The notes: generated from the sequence alone by a model not told the origin. Counted from the stretch's first letter, positions 15,669 through 24,966 are shown. The stretch is 32,000 nucleotides of DNA from Coprobacillaceae bacterium (GCA_963675915.1 OY780959.1:870001-902000); one strand, 5' to 3'. Program-made: numbers and translations.

Positions 15669-15748
15669 AAATTTGTTCAACCTATTTTTTAACATATGTT
15701 TGTTACGTGTTTCTTCATATCTTAATATATTAATCTCTTACTATCTAA

Positions 15749-15781
15749 ATTGTAGAAATATCCTGTCACATCAAGGTAACA
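15749..15781 (-). promoter_or_regulatory. Activator-type promoter P_C2 (distal)
   Basis: Minus strand: TGTTAC-cttga-TGTGAC-aggatatttc-TACAAT. Confidence 0.55.
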
Positions 15782-15810
15782 AGGACTAAATTTAACCGGA
15801 TATTTTCCGG

Positions 15811-15842
15811 TAAACAAAAAAATCGGGAATCAATCGATTCCC
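15811..15842 (-). terminator. Intrinsic terminator of the regulator gene
   Basis: Minus strand: GGGAATC-GATT-GATTCCC followed by a GAUUUUUUU tract. The stem overlaps the stop codon. A second small hairpin, accgga-tatt-tccggt, lies at 15795-15810. Confidence 0.6.
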
Positions 15843-17032
15843 AATTTTCGTGTCGTACAGGTTATGTAAATATCCTTTTTCTTCAAATTGCGGTAAAACA
15901 GTTTTTCAATCCGGCTGATTACGATTTTACTGTCATCCAACGAGCACATGCTTAAAAGACAACTGTACTGGTTAGGCGACACTTGAGAAATCGAATCGCA
16001 GCTGCGCAGATAGTTCTCAAGAACATTTTCCAGATATCCCATCCCGCCATTGACAATTTCCCGGTATTTCGGTGAATCGCAATCAACTGCCTTCATCATC
16101 TTGACTGTCACCAGCATCAAACTGGATTCAATTCCGCTTCTATTCGACAACCTTACTCCCAGATTGCATAAATTCTTAAATGCCCCATATTCGCATACCA
16201 ACGCATGTCCGACTTCCTTGGGAATGATATCGAATGTTACATTATCGATATTTTCACTTTCAGGCAGCAGCTGGCTTAAAACTTCCTCATATGTCCGCAT
16301 CAGTTCATTACTGGGAAGCACCCCTAATTCATGGTTTAAAATATATTTAGCAGTTTCATATTTCACTTTTGCGAGTTCAAATTCGCGATTTTCCCCCAAC
16401 GCCAGAATTTCATAACGATAGAAGTCTTCCTCGGTATGGTCAAGCGTCAAAGCATTATTGCTGTAAAAATAAAGATCATCAAATAACTGTTCATTGTACA
16501 GTACTTGCAAAAAATCTTTGGTCATTTTCAAGAAGACATTGTGATAATACAATGAATTCTGCATAATCAAAGAATCATAATCAAAATGAGCAAACAGACG
16601 TTCCCGATAAATCTCGGTAGCCTTTTTATAATGCTCGATTTTGATTGGTGTTGGCATATTCTCATTGATTCTAGTGATGGTATCATAAAAAATTTCAAAA
16701 TCAATAATCAGTTTGACATTGGAATTCCAATAATAAGTTCCCGAGCCGGTCATGATCAGTTCGGCATCAGGCCAAACTTTTTTCATTACCGTCCTGAGTC
16801 GGTAAACCAGATTTTTCAAAGCTCCAATCGGATTGGAACTTTCGTTGTTCTCCCAAAGATAGTCGCATAAATCCGATGAAGAGATGATGCTGTTATGATG
16901 ACTTACAAAATAATAAAGGAGTTTTGTAAGTCTTTTTGATTTCAACATCGATAAATTTAGTTCACCTTGCTCATTGCTGATCTTAAACTCACCAAAAGAA
17001 TACACGTTCAATACACAAGTATATTCCATCAT
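15830..17032 (-). CDS. SARP-like regulator: OmpR-type winged helix, BTAD-like helical domain and a degenerate GGDEF-like C-terminal domain
   Basis: FGEFKI...SKRLTKLLYYFVSHHNSIISSSDLCDYLWENNESSNPIGALKNLVYRLR is Trans_reg_C-like. HYKKATEIYRERLF...KYETAKYILNHELGVLPSNELMRTYEEV is BTAD-like. The C-terminus LMLVTVKMMKAVDCD...LENYLRSCDSISQVSPNQYSCLL aligns by eye with the GGDEF-domain pattern DxD..FK..ND...LR..D...R.GGDEF..LL, with SPNQY in place of GGDEF. Confidence 0.65.
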   Translation of the reverse strand: MMEYTCVLNVYSFGEFKISNEQGELNLSMLKSKRLTKLLYYFVSHHNSIISSSDLCDYLWENNESSNPIGALKNLVYRLRTVMKKVWPDAELIMTGSGTYYWNSNVKLIIDFEIFYDTITRINENMPTPIKIEHYKKATEIYRERLFAHFDYDSLIMQNSLYYHNVFLKMTKDFLQVLYNEQLFDDLYFYSNNALTLDHTEEDFYRYEILALGENREFELAKVKYETAKYILNHELGVLPSNELMRTYEEVLSQLLPESENIDNVTFDIIPKEVGHALVCEYGAFKNLCNLGVRLSNRSGIESSLMLVTVKMMKAVDCDSPKYREIVNGGMGYLENVLENYLRSCDSISQVSPNQYSCLLSMCSLDDSKIVISRIEKLFYRNLKKKDIYITCTTRKLGID

Positions 17033-17267
17033 ATCACTCCTAATCTTAAAACACTATAAATCTACTAAACGGTAAGACACGATAAATCAATGAGGATTAC
17101 GGAATTTGATACGCATATGTAAAATATAAGTGCTTATAAATTTTTTACCTAATATTATGCTACTACAAATCAAGTATTTAATCAACAAAAAATGCCATGT
17201 TATCGAATTAATTCACTTAAGCAACTAAATACCCACCTGTTATTTAGCGACTAGAATTTGATTCTCA

Positions 17268-17297
17268 AATAAAAAAACTAACCCCTTGCGAGGTTAG
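17268..17297 (-). terminator. Intrinsic terminator of rel
   Basis: Minus strand: CUAACC-ucgcaagg-GGUUAG followed by U7. The stem overlaps the TAA stop codon. Confidence 0.6.
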
Positions 17298-19522
17298 TGG
17301 ATGATTCTTTTTACATCGTAAATACCGATGATCTTGTCGAGGTTTTTGAATGAAACTTTCAACGCCTCATTGTTGTCAACAGCTACGGTCAGTTTGATAA
17401 ACGCCTTGCCATCTTCGGTATCGGCATTGATCTTAAGAATACTGATTTTGCTTTGGCCCAGCACATTGATGATTTCATTGAGCAAATTAGCCCGGTCAAG
17501 CGCCCGGATTTCAATATCAGCATCGAACTTGGTCGCCGCCGTCTGGGCGTTGTCCCAGTAAACTTCGATCAGTCGCTTTTTGATTTCCGGATTTTGGACA
17601 TTCGGACAAGATGCCCGGTGGACTTTTACCCCTTGGCCTTTGGATACGAATCCTACGATATCATCACCGGGAATCGGATTGCAACATTTCGACAGGGTGA
17701 TTTTGATTCCGTCGATTCCGGCCACCACAACCCCGGTCTTGGATTGCTTCGCCTTGGCCTGGCTGGCCTGGATATTGTTGTTTCTTTGAAGAATCCGACT
17801 GAGATTGTCGATAATCCCGGTCTTTTTCGGGATAACCTTGTCGATGACATTCATCGGCAAGAGACTCTTTTTTCCGATAAAGAAGAGAATATCGTCAAAA
17901 CTTTTGGCCCCAAAAGCCCCTAGATAAGTCTTATATGTTTCCTCTTTAAGGAATTTCTCTTCATCAAGACGGCGCTTTTTGATCTCGTCTTTAAGTATCT
18001 TACGTCCAGTGTCAATCATCTCGCGGCGGCTTTGAGCCTCCTCTTTGGTGATGAATTGACGGATCTTGTTGCGGGCTCCGGTGGTCCGGACAAACTTCAA
18101 CCACGCCCCGTTTGGCGTTGAGTTCTTGTTGGTTTTGATTTCACAGACATCTCCAGTGTTCAAGATGGTATCAATCGGTACCATCACGTTATTAACCAAC
18201 GCACCCACGCAGGTATTTCCGACCTCGCTGTGAATCCGGTAGGCAAAGTCAATTGGTGTTGACCCATTAGGCAGCTCGATGATTTTGCCTTGAGGTGTCA
18301 AGACATAGACATTGGCCTCGAAGATATCCCGTTTAAGGCTGTCATAATACTCCTTGGCATCACGGTCCTTGATATCATCAGATAAAGTGATGAAGTCCCG
18401 GAGCCATTGTAGTTTTTCCCCGATTTCCTGTTGTTCTTTTTGCGAAGAATAACCACGGTTTTCCTTATAACGCCAGTGAGCCGCAACCCCAAGCTCCGCT
18501 AGTTCGTCCATTAGTTCGGTTCGAATCTGGATTTCATAAGTATGGCCGTCATCCCCGATAATCGAGGTGTGGAGCGACTGATACATATTCGGCTTTGGCA
18601 TGGCGATGTAATCCTTGAACCGGCCGGGGATTGGGCGGTAATTTTCATGGATCAGACCTAGAATCGAATAACAAGACAACTTTGTGTCCGTAATGATCCT
18701 CAAGGCATAGAGGTCGTAAAGTTCATCGAAACGCTTGTTTTTGATGAACATTTTTTTGTAGATACTGTAAATCGATTTTGCTCTTCCGACAATCCGGTAT
18801 GAGAATTTGTTGCTATCAAGCAGGTGCGATACATCACTAATCATTTTATTGACGTATTTTTCCCGCTGCACTTCTTTCTCTTTTAAGAGCAAAACAATAT
18901 CATTATAAGCAATCGGATCAAGATACTTCAAAGAAAGATTTTCCAGTTCGACCTTGATATCAGCCAACCCCAAACGGTGTGCAATCGGAGTATATACCTC
19001 CAGAGTCTCTCTGGCAATCCGTTTTTGTTTCTCCGGTTTCATATACTGGAGCGTACGCATATTATGAAGACGATCCGAGAATTTGATTAAAATAACTCGG
19101 ATATCCTTGGCCATCGCAATATAAATCTTGCGGTGGTTTTCAGCATAAACTTCATCTTCATCCTTAAAATTCATTTTGTTGATCTTGGTAACCCCTTCAA
19201 CCAGGGTGGTGACTTCGTCGCCGAAGCGTTCAACCATTTCCTCACGAGGAACATGGCAGTCTTCCATAACATCATGAAGCAGCCCCGCAGCCAGAGTTTT
19301 TGGACCGGTCTGCAAAGTTGACAGGATGTAGGCAACCCAGATCAGATGAATCGTATAAGGCTCACCGCTTTTGCGTTTCTGGTCGGCATGTTTGATCATG
19401 ATAAAATCATGAGCTCTGTCGATCAACTCCAAATCTTCCTTATTGGTGATGTATGTTTTGGCGACATCGATGACGTCCTGATAAGTTACTTTGTCATTGG
19501 CGCCCTTGGCATTTTTTATCAT
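17294..19522 (-). CDS. relA: Bifunctional (p)ppGpp synthetase/hydrolase Rel (RSH long form)
   Basis: 742 aa with an HD hydrolase domain (LLHDVMEDC), a synthetase domain (YRPIPGRFKDYIAMPKPNMYQSLHT), a TGS domain (VYVLTPQGKIIELPNGSTPIDFAY) and a C-terminal ACT-like domain. Confidence 0.95.
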   Translation of the reverse strand: MIKNAKGANDKVTYQDVIDVAKTYITNKEDLELIDRAHDFIMIKHADQKRKSGEPYTIHLIWVAYILSTLQTGPKTLAAGLLHDVMEDCHVPREEMVERFGDEVTTLVEGVTKINKMNFKDEDEVYAENHRKIYIAMAKDIRVILIKFSDRLHNMRTLQYMKPEKQKRIARETLEVYTPIAHRLGLADIKVELENLSLKYLDPIAYNDIVLLLKEKEVQREKYVNKMISDVSHLLDSNKFSYRIVGRAKSIYSIYKKMFIKNKRFDELYDLYALRIITDTKLSCYSILGLIHENYRPIPGRFKDYIAMPKPNMYQSLHTSIIGDDGHTYEIQIRTELMDELAELGVAAHWRYKENRGYSSQKEQQEIGEKLQWLRDFITLSDDIKDRDAKEYYDSLKRDIFEANVYVLTPQGKIIELPNGSTPIDFAYRIHSEVGNTCVGALVNNVMVPIDTILNTGDVCEIKTNKNSTPNGAWLKFVRTTGARNKIRQFITKEEAQSRREMIDTGRKILKDEIKKRRLDEEKFLKEETYKTYLGAFGAKSFDDILFFIGKKSLLPMNVIDKVIPKKTGIIDNLSRILQRNNNIQASQAKAKQSKTGVVVAGIDGIKITLSKCCNPIPGDDIVGFVSKGQGVKVHRASCPNVQNPEIKKRLIEVYWDNAQTAATKFDADIEIRALDRANLLNEIINVLGQSKISILKINADTEDGKAFIKLTVAVDNNEALKVSFKNLDKIIGIYDVKRIIH

Positions 19523-19557
19523 AATTCACTGCCTCCCTTCCGATATTTGTTTACAGA

Positions 19558-20076
19558 TTAATATTTCAATAATGAGATGACTTCGTAACCGTCAAGATGA
19601 CTGATTCCATCAAGAGCTTCCAGTTCGATTACAAAACCGATTCCGACAACTTTCCCGCCAAGGCGTTCTACCAGTTTGACAGTTGCTTCAACAGTTCCCC
19701 CAGTTGCCAGCAAGTCATCGACGATAATCACGTTTTGTCCTGGTTTGATTGCATCTTTGTGAACATGGACTTCATTAGTCCCATATTCAAGTTCATATGC
19801 ATATGATTCGGTTTCCCGAGGCAGTTTGCCTGGTTTGCGGGCTGGAACGAAACCAGCTCCGATTTCATAAGCAACCGGACATCCGAAAATGAAACCTCGT
19901 GATTCAGGTCCCACTACGACATCGATTGGTGCTTCTAATGTTTTGGTCCAGTCAACGAATTTGGTGACTGTCTCTTTGAATGCTTCACTATTTTGTAACA
20001 GTGGCGTAATATCTCTGAATAATACCCCTTCTTCCGGGAAATCCGGAATATCTGCAATATATTTTTTCAAGTCCAT
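19558..20076 (-). CDS. apt: Adenine phosphoribosyltransferase
   Basis: 172 aa with FRDITPLL and the PRPP-binding motif [13 protein letters not shown]. Confidence 0.95.
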   Translation of the reverse strand: MDLKKYIADIPDFPEEGVLFRDITPLLQNSEAFKETVTKFVDWTKTLEAPIDVVVGPESRGFIFGCPVAYEIGAGFVPARKPGKLPRETESYAYELEYGTNEVHVHKDAIKPGQNVIIVDDLLATGGTVEATVKLVERLGGKVVGIGFVIELEALDGISHLDGYEVISLLKY

Positions 20077-20122
20077 TTATATGTTCCTCCCTTGAAATAT
20101 TTTAACATTTTATTGATTTTTT

Positions 20123-21745
20123 TCAAACCCCTTTTATCCCGCTTAAGCGGACATTGATGGTCTTTTTGTTTCTGAATTCATTGATTGTCAGTTTCCCAGC
20201 GAAACTCAGGCTGGTCTGATTGGAAATCTCCGAGATCAGATGGCCGTGATTGAAAAACAGGCAGTCGATCTGACCAACTTTGAATTTGAGATGAGCCCCC
20301 TTGGAAAGGGTGATCATATTGGTGAATTGGACATTTTCGAAATAGAAATCAACACTCTCAAATCCCGGACCGAAAGGTTCGAGCAACTTGAGATCGTCGA
20401 TATTCCCCATCGTGATATCACCACTGGTGACTTTGATGGCGTCCTTGCGTTCGACTTCGAATTGATGTTGTTTCAAAAATGAAGAGATTCTTTTCTGAAA
20501 TTCACCTAAATTGGCTTTTTCCAGCGAGAAGCCTCCTGCCATTTCATGACCGCCAAAATGATCAAGCAAATCTTCACTGTAATTGAAGATTGCAACAATA
20601 TCGATTCCCTTGACCGAACGGGCCGATCCTTTATAAAGATTCGACTTCTTGTCATAAGTCATTACAAAACTTGGCCGGTTATAGGTGTTGGTATAGCGCG
20701 AGGCAATCAGCCCGCTGATGCCTTGATGCAGTTCATCGTTGGCAAGATACAGGAATTCACCTTCAAGACTTTCAAACGAAATCTGGCTGTAGAAATGTTT
20801 GGTCATGTCTTTGCGTTTGTCGTTGACTTCCTTGATTTTTGCAGCCAAAATCGGATACTGGTTTTCCGGATCAAGCAAGGCGAAATAACGGACCAGCTTG
20901 TTTGGTGAAATCAACTCCGGTATCCGACCGAGCGAATTGATTTTAGGAATAACCTGGAAATTCAAAGTAGTTCCGTCAATTGGCTGGGTAGAATCCTTAA
21001 GCAGTTCGATTGTCTTAAAACGCGATTCATTCATGAATTCCAGCGCTTTTTTGACCAGCGCCCGATTTTCATCAATCATCGGCATCACATCCGAGAAGAT
21101 AGTGATCCCCGCCAATGAAAACAGGTACTTATCGTGCTTTTCCAGCAAAGCGCTGGCTAGTTTATAGGCGGTGAAGCCACCGCTGATTTCCTTGAAAGGA
21201 TAATGGGGCGAAGTTTTAGGATGGACAATACTCATCGCTTCAGGCTGAGTGGTTCCCACCGCATGATGGTCAGTGACAATCACATCAATCCCCAACTCGT
21301 TTGCCTTTTCGATGGCTTCAAAAGCCTGGATCCCGTTGTCGACCGTGATAATCAACTGATATCCTTTGGAAGCTATCTGCTCCACCCGGTTAACCGTCAA
21401 TCCATACCCGTCCAAAAAACGATTGGGAATGTGGAATCCGACTTTGACCCCAAGTTGTTTAAAAGCATTAACCAGGATTGAAGTTCCCAAAATCCCATCA
21501 CTGTCATAATCGCCATAGACGCAGATTTTTTCATTTGCTGCGATGGCCTCCTTGATTCGGTCAACTGCCATTTCGCCCTCATCGAACAAGTCGAAACTAT
21601 GGTATTTGAGCCGGCTTGATGTCAACTCCTGGTATTGGCTGCGATCAATCTGATGGTATGCCAGGATTTTGGCCACCAAGGAGCTGACCTGGTAGTCTTT
21701 CATATATTCAAGATATTTATTGCTGTCAAATACATTAAATTCCAT
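20123..21745 (-). CDS. recJ: RecJ-like single-stranded-DNA exonuclease (DHH/DHHA1)
   Basis: VYGDYDSDGILGTSIL, DNGI, VTDHH and a DHHA1 motif GGHEMAGGF. The position upstream of apt-rel matches Bacillus synteny. Confidence 0.85.
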   Translation of the reverse strand: MEFNVFDSNKYLEYMKDYQVSSLVAKILAYHQIDRSQYQELTSSRLKYHSFDLFDEGEMAVDRIKEAIAANEKICVYGDYDSDGILGTSILVNAFKQLGVKVGFHIPNRFLDGYGLTVNRVEQIASKGYQLIITVDNGIQAFEAIEKANELGIDVIVTDHHAVGTTQPEAMSIVHPKTSPHYPFKEISGGFTAYKLASALLEKHDKYLFSLAGITIFSDVMPMIDENRALVKKALEFMNESRFKTIELLKDSTQPIDGTTLNFQVIPKINSLGRIPELISPNKLVRYFALLDPENQYPILAAKIKEVNDKRKDMTKHFYSQISFESLEGEFLYLANDELHQGISGLIASRYTNTYNRPSFVMTYDKKSNLYKGSARSVKGIDIVAIFNYSEDLLDHFGGHEMAGGFSLEKANLGEFQKRISSFLKQHQFEVERKDAIKVTSGDITMGNIDDLKLLEPFGPGFESVDFYFENVQFTNMITLSKGAHLKFKVGQIDCLFFNHGHLISEISNQTSLSFAGKLTINEFRNKKTINVRLSGIKGV

Positions 21746-21782
21746 AACTTTCCTTTCAATTAAAAAGATAGTTGTTTGACAA

Positions 21783-22064
21783 CTATCTAGATATCAAATC
21801 ATCGAAATCGGAAATTTTAAGCTTCCGAGCTTCCTTAATTACTTTCAGGCTAAGATAATCATAAATTGTTGAAAATTCCAGGCTCTCGATCTGATCAATC
21901 AACGTGCAAAGCGGAAGATCTTCTACATCTTTCCATTCCACTTCGACAAAATACTGTCGCAATTGGTCCTTGGTGATCTCAACTTCTTCAGTTGATAGTT
22001 CCCGGGCTTTCAGTCTCAATAAAAAGTTCAAATCTTGCTTGGAGAATACGTTTTTATCGTTCAT
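21783..22064 (-). CDS. Small acidic protein, possibly a ComN-like post-transcriptional regulator
   Basis: 93 aa. The W..V..LPL..LIDQIESL....IYDYL pattern and the position upstream of recJ are reminiscent of Bacillus subtilis comN/yrzD. The assignment is weak. Confidence 0.35.
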   Translation of the reverse strand: MNDKNVFSKQDLNFLLRLKARELSTEEVEITKDQLRQYFVEVEWKDVEDLPLCTLIDQIESLEFSTIYDYLSLKVIKEARKLKISDFDDLISR

Positions 22065-22080
22065 ACGTTTCCTTCCATAA

Positions 22081-22335
22081 CTACTTAAGGTAGTTATTAA
22101 TTCTTTTAAATATTTTGCTTATACTTTCAAGCGGTGGATTTAGTTTATCCAACTGGTCCAAGGTTTCATCGAGCTGCCGGTTCGTGTCTTTCACCGATTT
22201 ATCCAACTCTTTGATTTTCTTTTTATTTTCGATGCTGGCACGATCAAATTTCAAAATCAATGTCGCTCCGATATAGATAACCAATAATCCAATTATAATA
22301 ACAACCAAGCCCAGAATTATATCAGTAACCATCAT
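22081..22335 (-). CDS. Small membrane-anchored coiled-coil protein (DUF948-like?)
   Basis: One N-terminal TM segment (IILGLVVIIIGLLVIYIGATLIL) followed by a Lys/Asp-rich helix. I chose the start at MMVTD behind GAGGTGG rather than the track start at 22359. Confidence 0.4.
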   Translation of the reverse strand: MMVTDIILGLVVIIIGLLVIYIGATLILKFDRASIENKKKIKELDKSVKDTNRQLDETLDQLDKLNPPLESISKIFKRINNYLK

Positions 22336-22404
22336 ACCCACCTCACTTAGTACAAACAATATTATACTAAATTTTCAATCCAATTTAAACCTTTTTGAAA
22401 ATAA

Positions 22405-22434
22405 AAGAAAAAAAGATGGGTATTTATACCCATC
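22405..22434 (-). terminator. Intrinsic terminator after the nitroreductase gene
   Basis: Minus strand: GAUGGGUA-uaaa-UACCCAUC followed by U7. Confidence 0.7.
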
Positions 22435-22435
22435 C

Positions 22436-22972
22436 TTAGTACATCTTGACAAAATCGTCAAATTCCTTGCGGGCCGGTTGCACCATTTTAGTGCTGCCAT
22501 ACCCGATTGAAATTACAGAAATAATGATTTCATTAGCCGGAATTTCCAGCATTTTTCGAATTTGTTTTTCATCACGGATTCCCATGACCAGAGTCCCCAG
22601 ACCCGCTTCAACTGCTGCGAGCATCAGATTCTCACTGGCCAAACCGGCATCATAGGTTCCCCAACCATTGCCAAATTCATTGGTCGGGCTGCCATTGCGG
22701 TCATATCCAGCCCGGTCTTTGACAAAAGTCACCACTACCAGTACCGGAGCATTTTCAACGTTTTTGGCATTGAATTCAGGCAAGCAATTTTTTTTGAATT
22801 CCGCCAGCGTTTCTGGTGTTTTGACTACATGGTATCTTGTTGTCTGGGCATTTTTCCATGAAGGAGCCAGCGCTGCTGTTTCGAACAGTTCTTTCAATGT
22901 TTCATCACTGATTTCCCGGTCTTCATAGGTACGAATCGATCTTCTAATTTTAACTGCATCATTAAATTCCAT
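22436..22972 (-). CDS. NAD(P)H nitroreductase family protein
   Basis: IRRSIRTYEDREISDETLKELFETAALAPSWKNAQTTRY is a typical nitroreductase N-terminus. 178 aa. Confidence 0.85.
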   Translation of the reverse strand: MEFNDAVKIRRSIRTYEDREISDETLKELFETAALAPSWKNAQTTRYHVVKTPETLAEFKKNCLPEFNAKNVENAPVLVVVTFVKDRAGYDRNGSPTNEFGNGWGTYDAGLASENLMLAAVEAGLGTLVMGIRDEKQIRKMLEIPANEIIISVISIGYGSTKMVQPARKEFDDFVKMY

Positions 22973-22989
22973 AATTTACTCCCCTTGTA

Positions 22990-24894
22990 TTATTTATTGG
23001 CTTCAACCATCAGCTCACAGATGCGGTTCGAGAATTCAACTGGATCTTCCAGTGTGAATCCTTCAATCAGCAATGCCTGATCATAAAGCAATGATGCATA
23101 ATCGGATACTTTGGCCGGATTTTTGGCATATACCGATTGCAATGCCGCGAAAATCCCGTGATTTGGATTGATTTCCAAAATCCGTTTCGCTTTGACATTT
23201 TCATTGCCTTCATTTGGCATCTGCGCCAATACTTTCTCCATCTCAAATGATACACCATCGCTTGAAACAATGCAAACCGGATGTGATTTTAACCGAGCTG
23301 AAATCTTGACATCTTCAACCTTGTCAGCCAAAGCATCTTTAAGGGCGCTTAACATATCGGTATTTTCTTTGGTTTTTTCTTCCAGTTCGGCTTTTTCTGC
23401 TTCAGTTTCTAGATCAAGATCCCCGGCTTGGACGTTCTTGAAGGTTTTTTCATCATAGTTCATCATCATTTGCAAAGTGAACTCGTCAACATTGTCAGTC
23501 AGATAAAGAACATCATAGCCCTTATCCAGTACCAGTTCCACTTGGGGCAGACGGGCGATTTTTTCGTTTGATTCTCCTGAAGCAAAATAGATGTCTTTTT
23601 GATCTTCACCCATCGCTTCAACGTATTCTTTCAATGTGACCATCTTATCTAGTTTGGCCGAATGGAACAGCAACAGATCCTGAAGTTTGTCTTTTAACAT
23701 TCCATAACTGTTATAGATCCCAAATTTCAACTGCACTCCGAAGCTCTCAAAGAATTTTTCATAATCTTCACGTTCTTTTTTTAGCATCGTTTCCAGTTCC
23801 CGTTGGATTTTTCGTTCAACCGAAGTAGCGATTGATTTCATTTGACGGTCCTGTTGCAGGATTTCACGGGAGATGTTGAGGTTCAAATCTTGTGAATCAA
23901 CCAGACCTTTGACAAAACGGAAATGTTCCGGTACCAGGTCACTGGCTTTATCCATGATGAATACGCCCCTGCTGTAAAGTTGCAGACCTTTTTCATAATC
24001 ATTCGAGAAGTAGTTCATCGGTGGTTTTGATGGAATGAAGAACAATCCGGTGTATGAGATGTTCCCTTCAACTGAAGTATGAATCACTTTCAACGGTTCA
24101 TTGTAATCATGGAATTTGTCTTGGTAGAATTCACTGTACTCACTTTCAGTGATATCGCTTTTTGAACGTTTCCATAAAGGTACCATTGAATTGAGGGTCT
24201 TCATTTCAGTTACATCCTCATATTCGCTTTCAGTCCCTTCTTTTAGCTTGGACGTGGTGACTTCCATCTTGATTGGGTAACGGACATAATCCGAATATTT
24301 TTTAACCAATGATTCCAATTTGTATTGATCAAGATATTCATCGAAGTTTTCATCTTCCGTGTTGTCTTTTAGATATAAAGTGATAGTTGTTCCGTTTTGA
24401 GGTACGTTGGTTTCGAAGATTTCATAACCATCGATAACTTCGGATACCCAGGTATAACCTTGGTCTTCACCATATTTTTTTGAAGTTACTTCCACTTTTT
24501 TAGCTACCATGAAGGCCGCATAGAAACCAACTCCGAATTGACCGATAATATCGATGTCTTCGTTTTCCTTGTCATTTTCCGCTTTGAATGCGAATGAATC
24601 CGATGAAGCGATAGTTCCCAGATTTTTTTCCAGATCATCCCGGTTCATCCCGATTCCGCTATCTTTTAAAGTAATGGTTCTTTTTTCCTTATCAAAAGAC
24701 AGCTCGATTGCCAGATTTTCTTTTGCGATATCAGAAATATTTTCTGTCAATGCTTTGTAATAAAGTTTATCGTTAGCATCAGAAGCATTTGAAATCAACT
24801 CCCTTAAGAAAATTTCCCGATGAGTATAAATTGAATTGATCATCAAGTCCAATAATCGTTGCGACTCGGCTTTGAATTGTTTTTTTTCAGCCAT
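22990..24894 (-). CDS. htpG: Hsp90-family chaperone HtpG
   Basis: FLRELISNASDANDKL, DSGIGM and GQFGVGFYAAFMVA form the GHKL ATPase domain. 634 aa. Confidence 0.97.
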   Translation of the reverse strand: MAEKKQFKAESQRLLDLMINSIYTHREIFLRELISNASDANDKLYYKALTENISDIAKENLAIELSFDKEKRTITLKDSGIGMNRDDLEKNLGTIASSDSFAFKAENDKENEDIDIIGQFGVGFYAAFMVAKKVEVTSKKYGEDQGYTWVSEVIDGYEIFETNVPQNGTTITLYLKDNTEDENFDEYLDQYKLESLVKKYSDYVRYPIKMEVTTSKLKEGTESEYEDVTEMKTLNSMVPLWKRSKSDITESEYSEFYQDKFHDYNEPLKVIHTSVEGNISYTGLFFIPSKPPMNYFSNDYEKGLQLYSRGVFIMDKASDLVPEHFRFVKGLVDSQDLNLNISREILQQDRQMKSIATSVERKIQRELETMLKKEREDYEKFFESFGVQLKFGIYNSYGMLKDKLQDLLLFHSAKLDKMVTLKEYVEAMGEDQKDIYFASGESNEKIARLPQVELVLDKGYDVLYLTDNVDEFTLQMMMNYDEKTFKNVQAGDLDLETEAEKAELEEKTKENTDMLSALKDALADKVEDVKISARLKSHPVCIVSSDGVSFEMEKVLAQMPNEGNENVKAKRILEINPNHGIFAALQSVYAKNPAKVSDYASLLYDQALLIEGFTLEDPVEFSNRICELMVEANK

Positions 24895-24906
24895 TTCATT
24901 TCCTCC

Positions 24907-24933
24907 TTAGCACTTGTGTGTTTTAATTGCTAA
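24907..24933 (-). promoter_or_regulatory. CIRCE-like inverted repeat 1 (putative HrcA operator) in the htpG 5' UTR
   Basis: The minus strand reads TTAGCAATT-aaaacacac-AAGTGCTAA, compared with the CIRCE consensus TTAGCACTC-N9-GAGTGCTAA. It abuts the GGAGGA RBS. Confidence 0.6.
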
Positions 24934-24937
24934 AGAT

Positions 24938-24966
24938 ATGATACAACAGTCTATTAGCACTGTCAA
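24938..24966 (-). promoter_or_regulatory. htpG sigma-A-type promoter
   Basis: Minus strand: TTGACA (24966-24961), 17-nt spacer, TATCAT (24943-24938). The -35 box lies inside CIRCE-like element 2. Confidence 0.55.

Noticed and set aside
17033-17293. Searched upstream of the regulator gene for the TGTKAC direct repeats, which would indicate autoregulation.
   Set aside because: Only a weak GTAAAA-N5-GTGCTT pair was seen, with no correctly spaced -10 box. I do not claim autoregulation.
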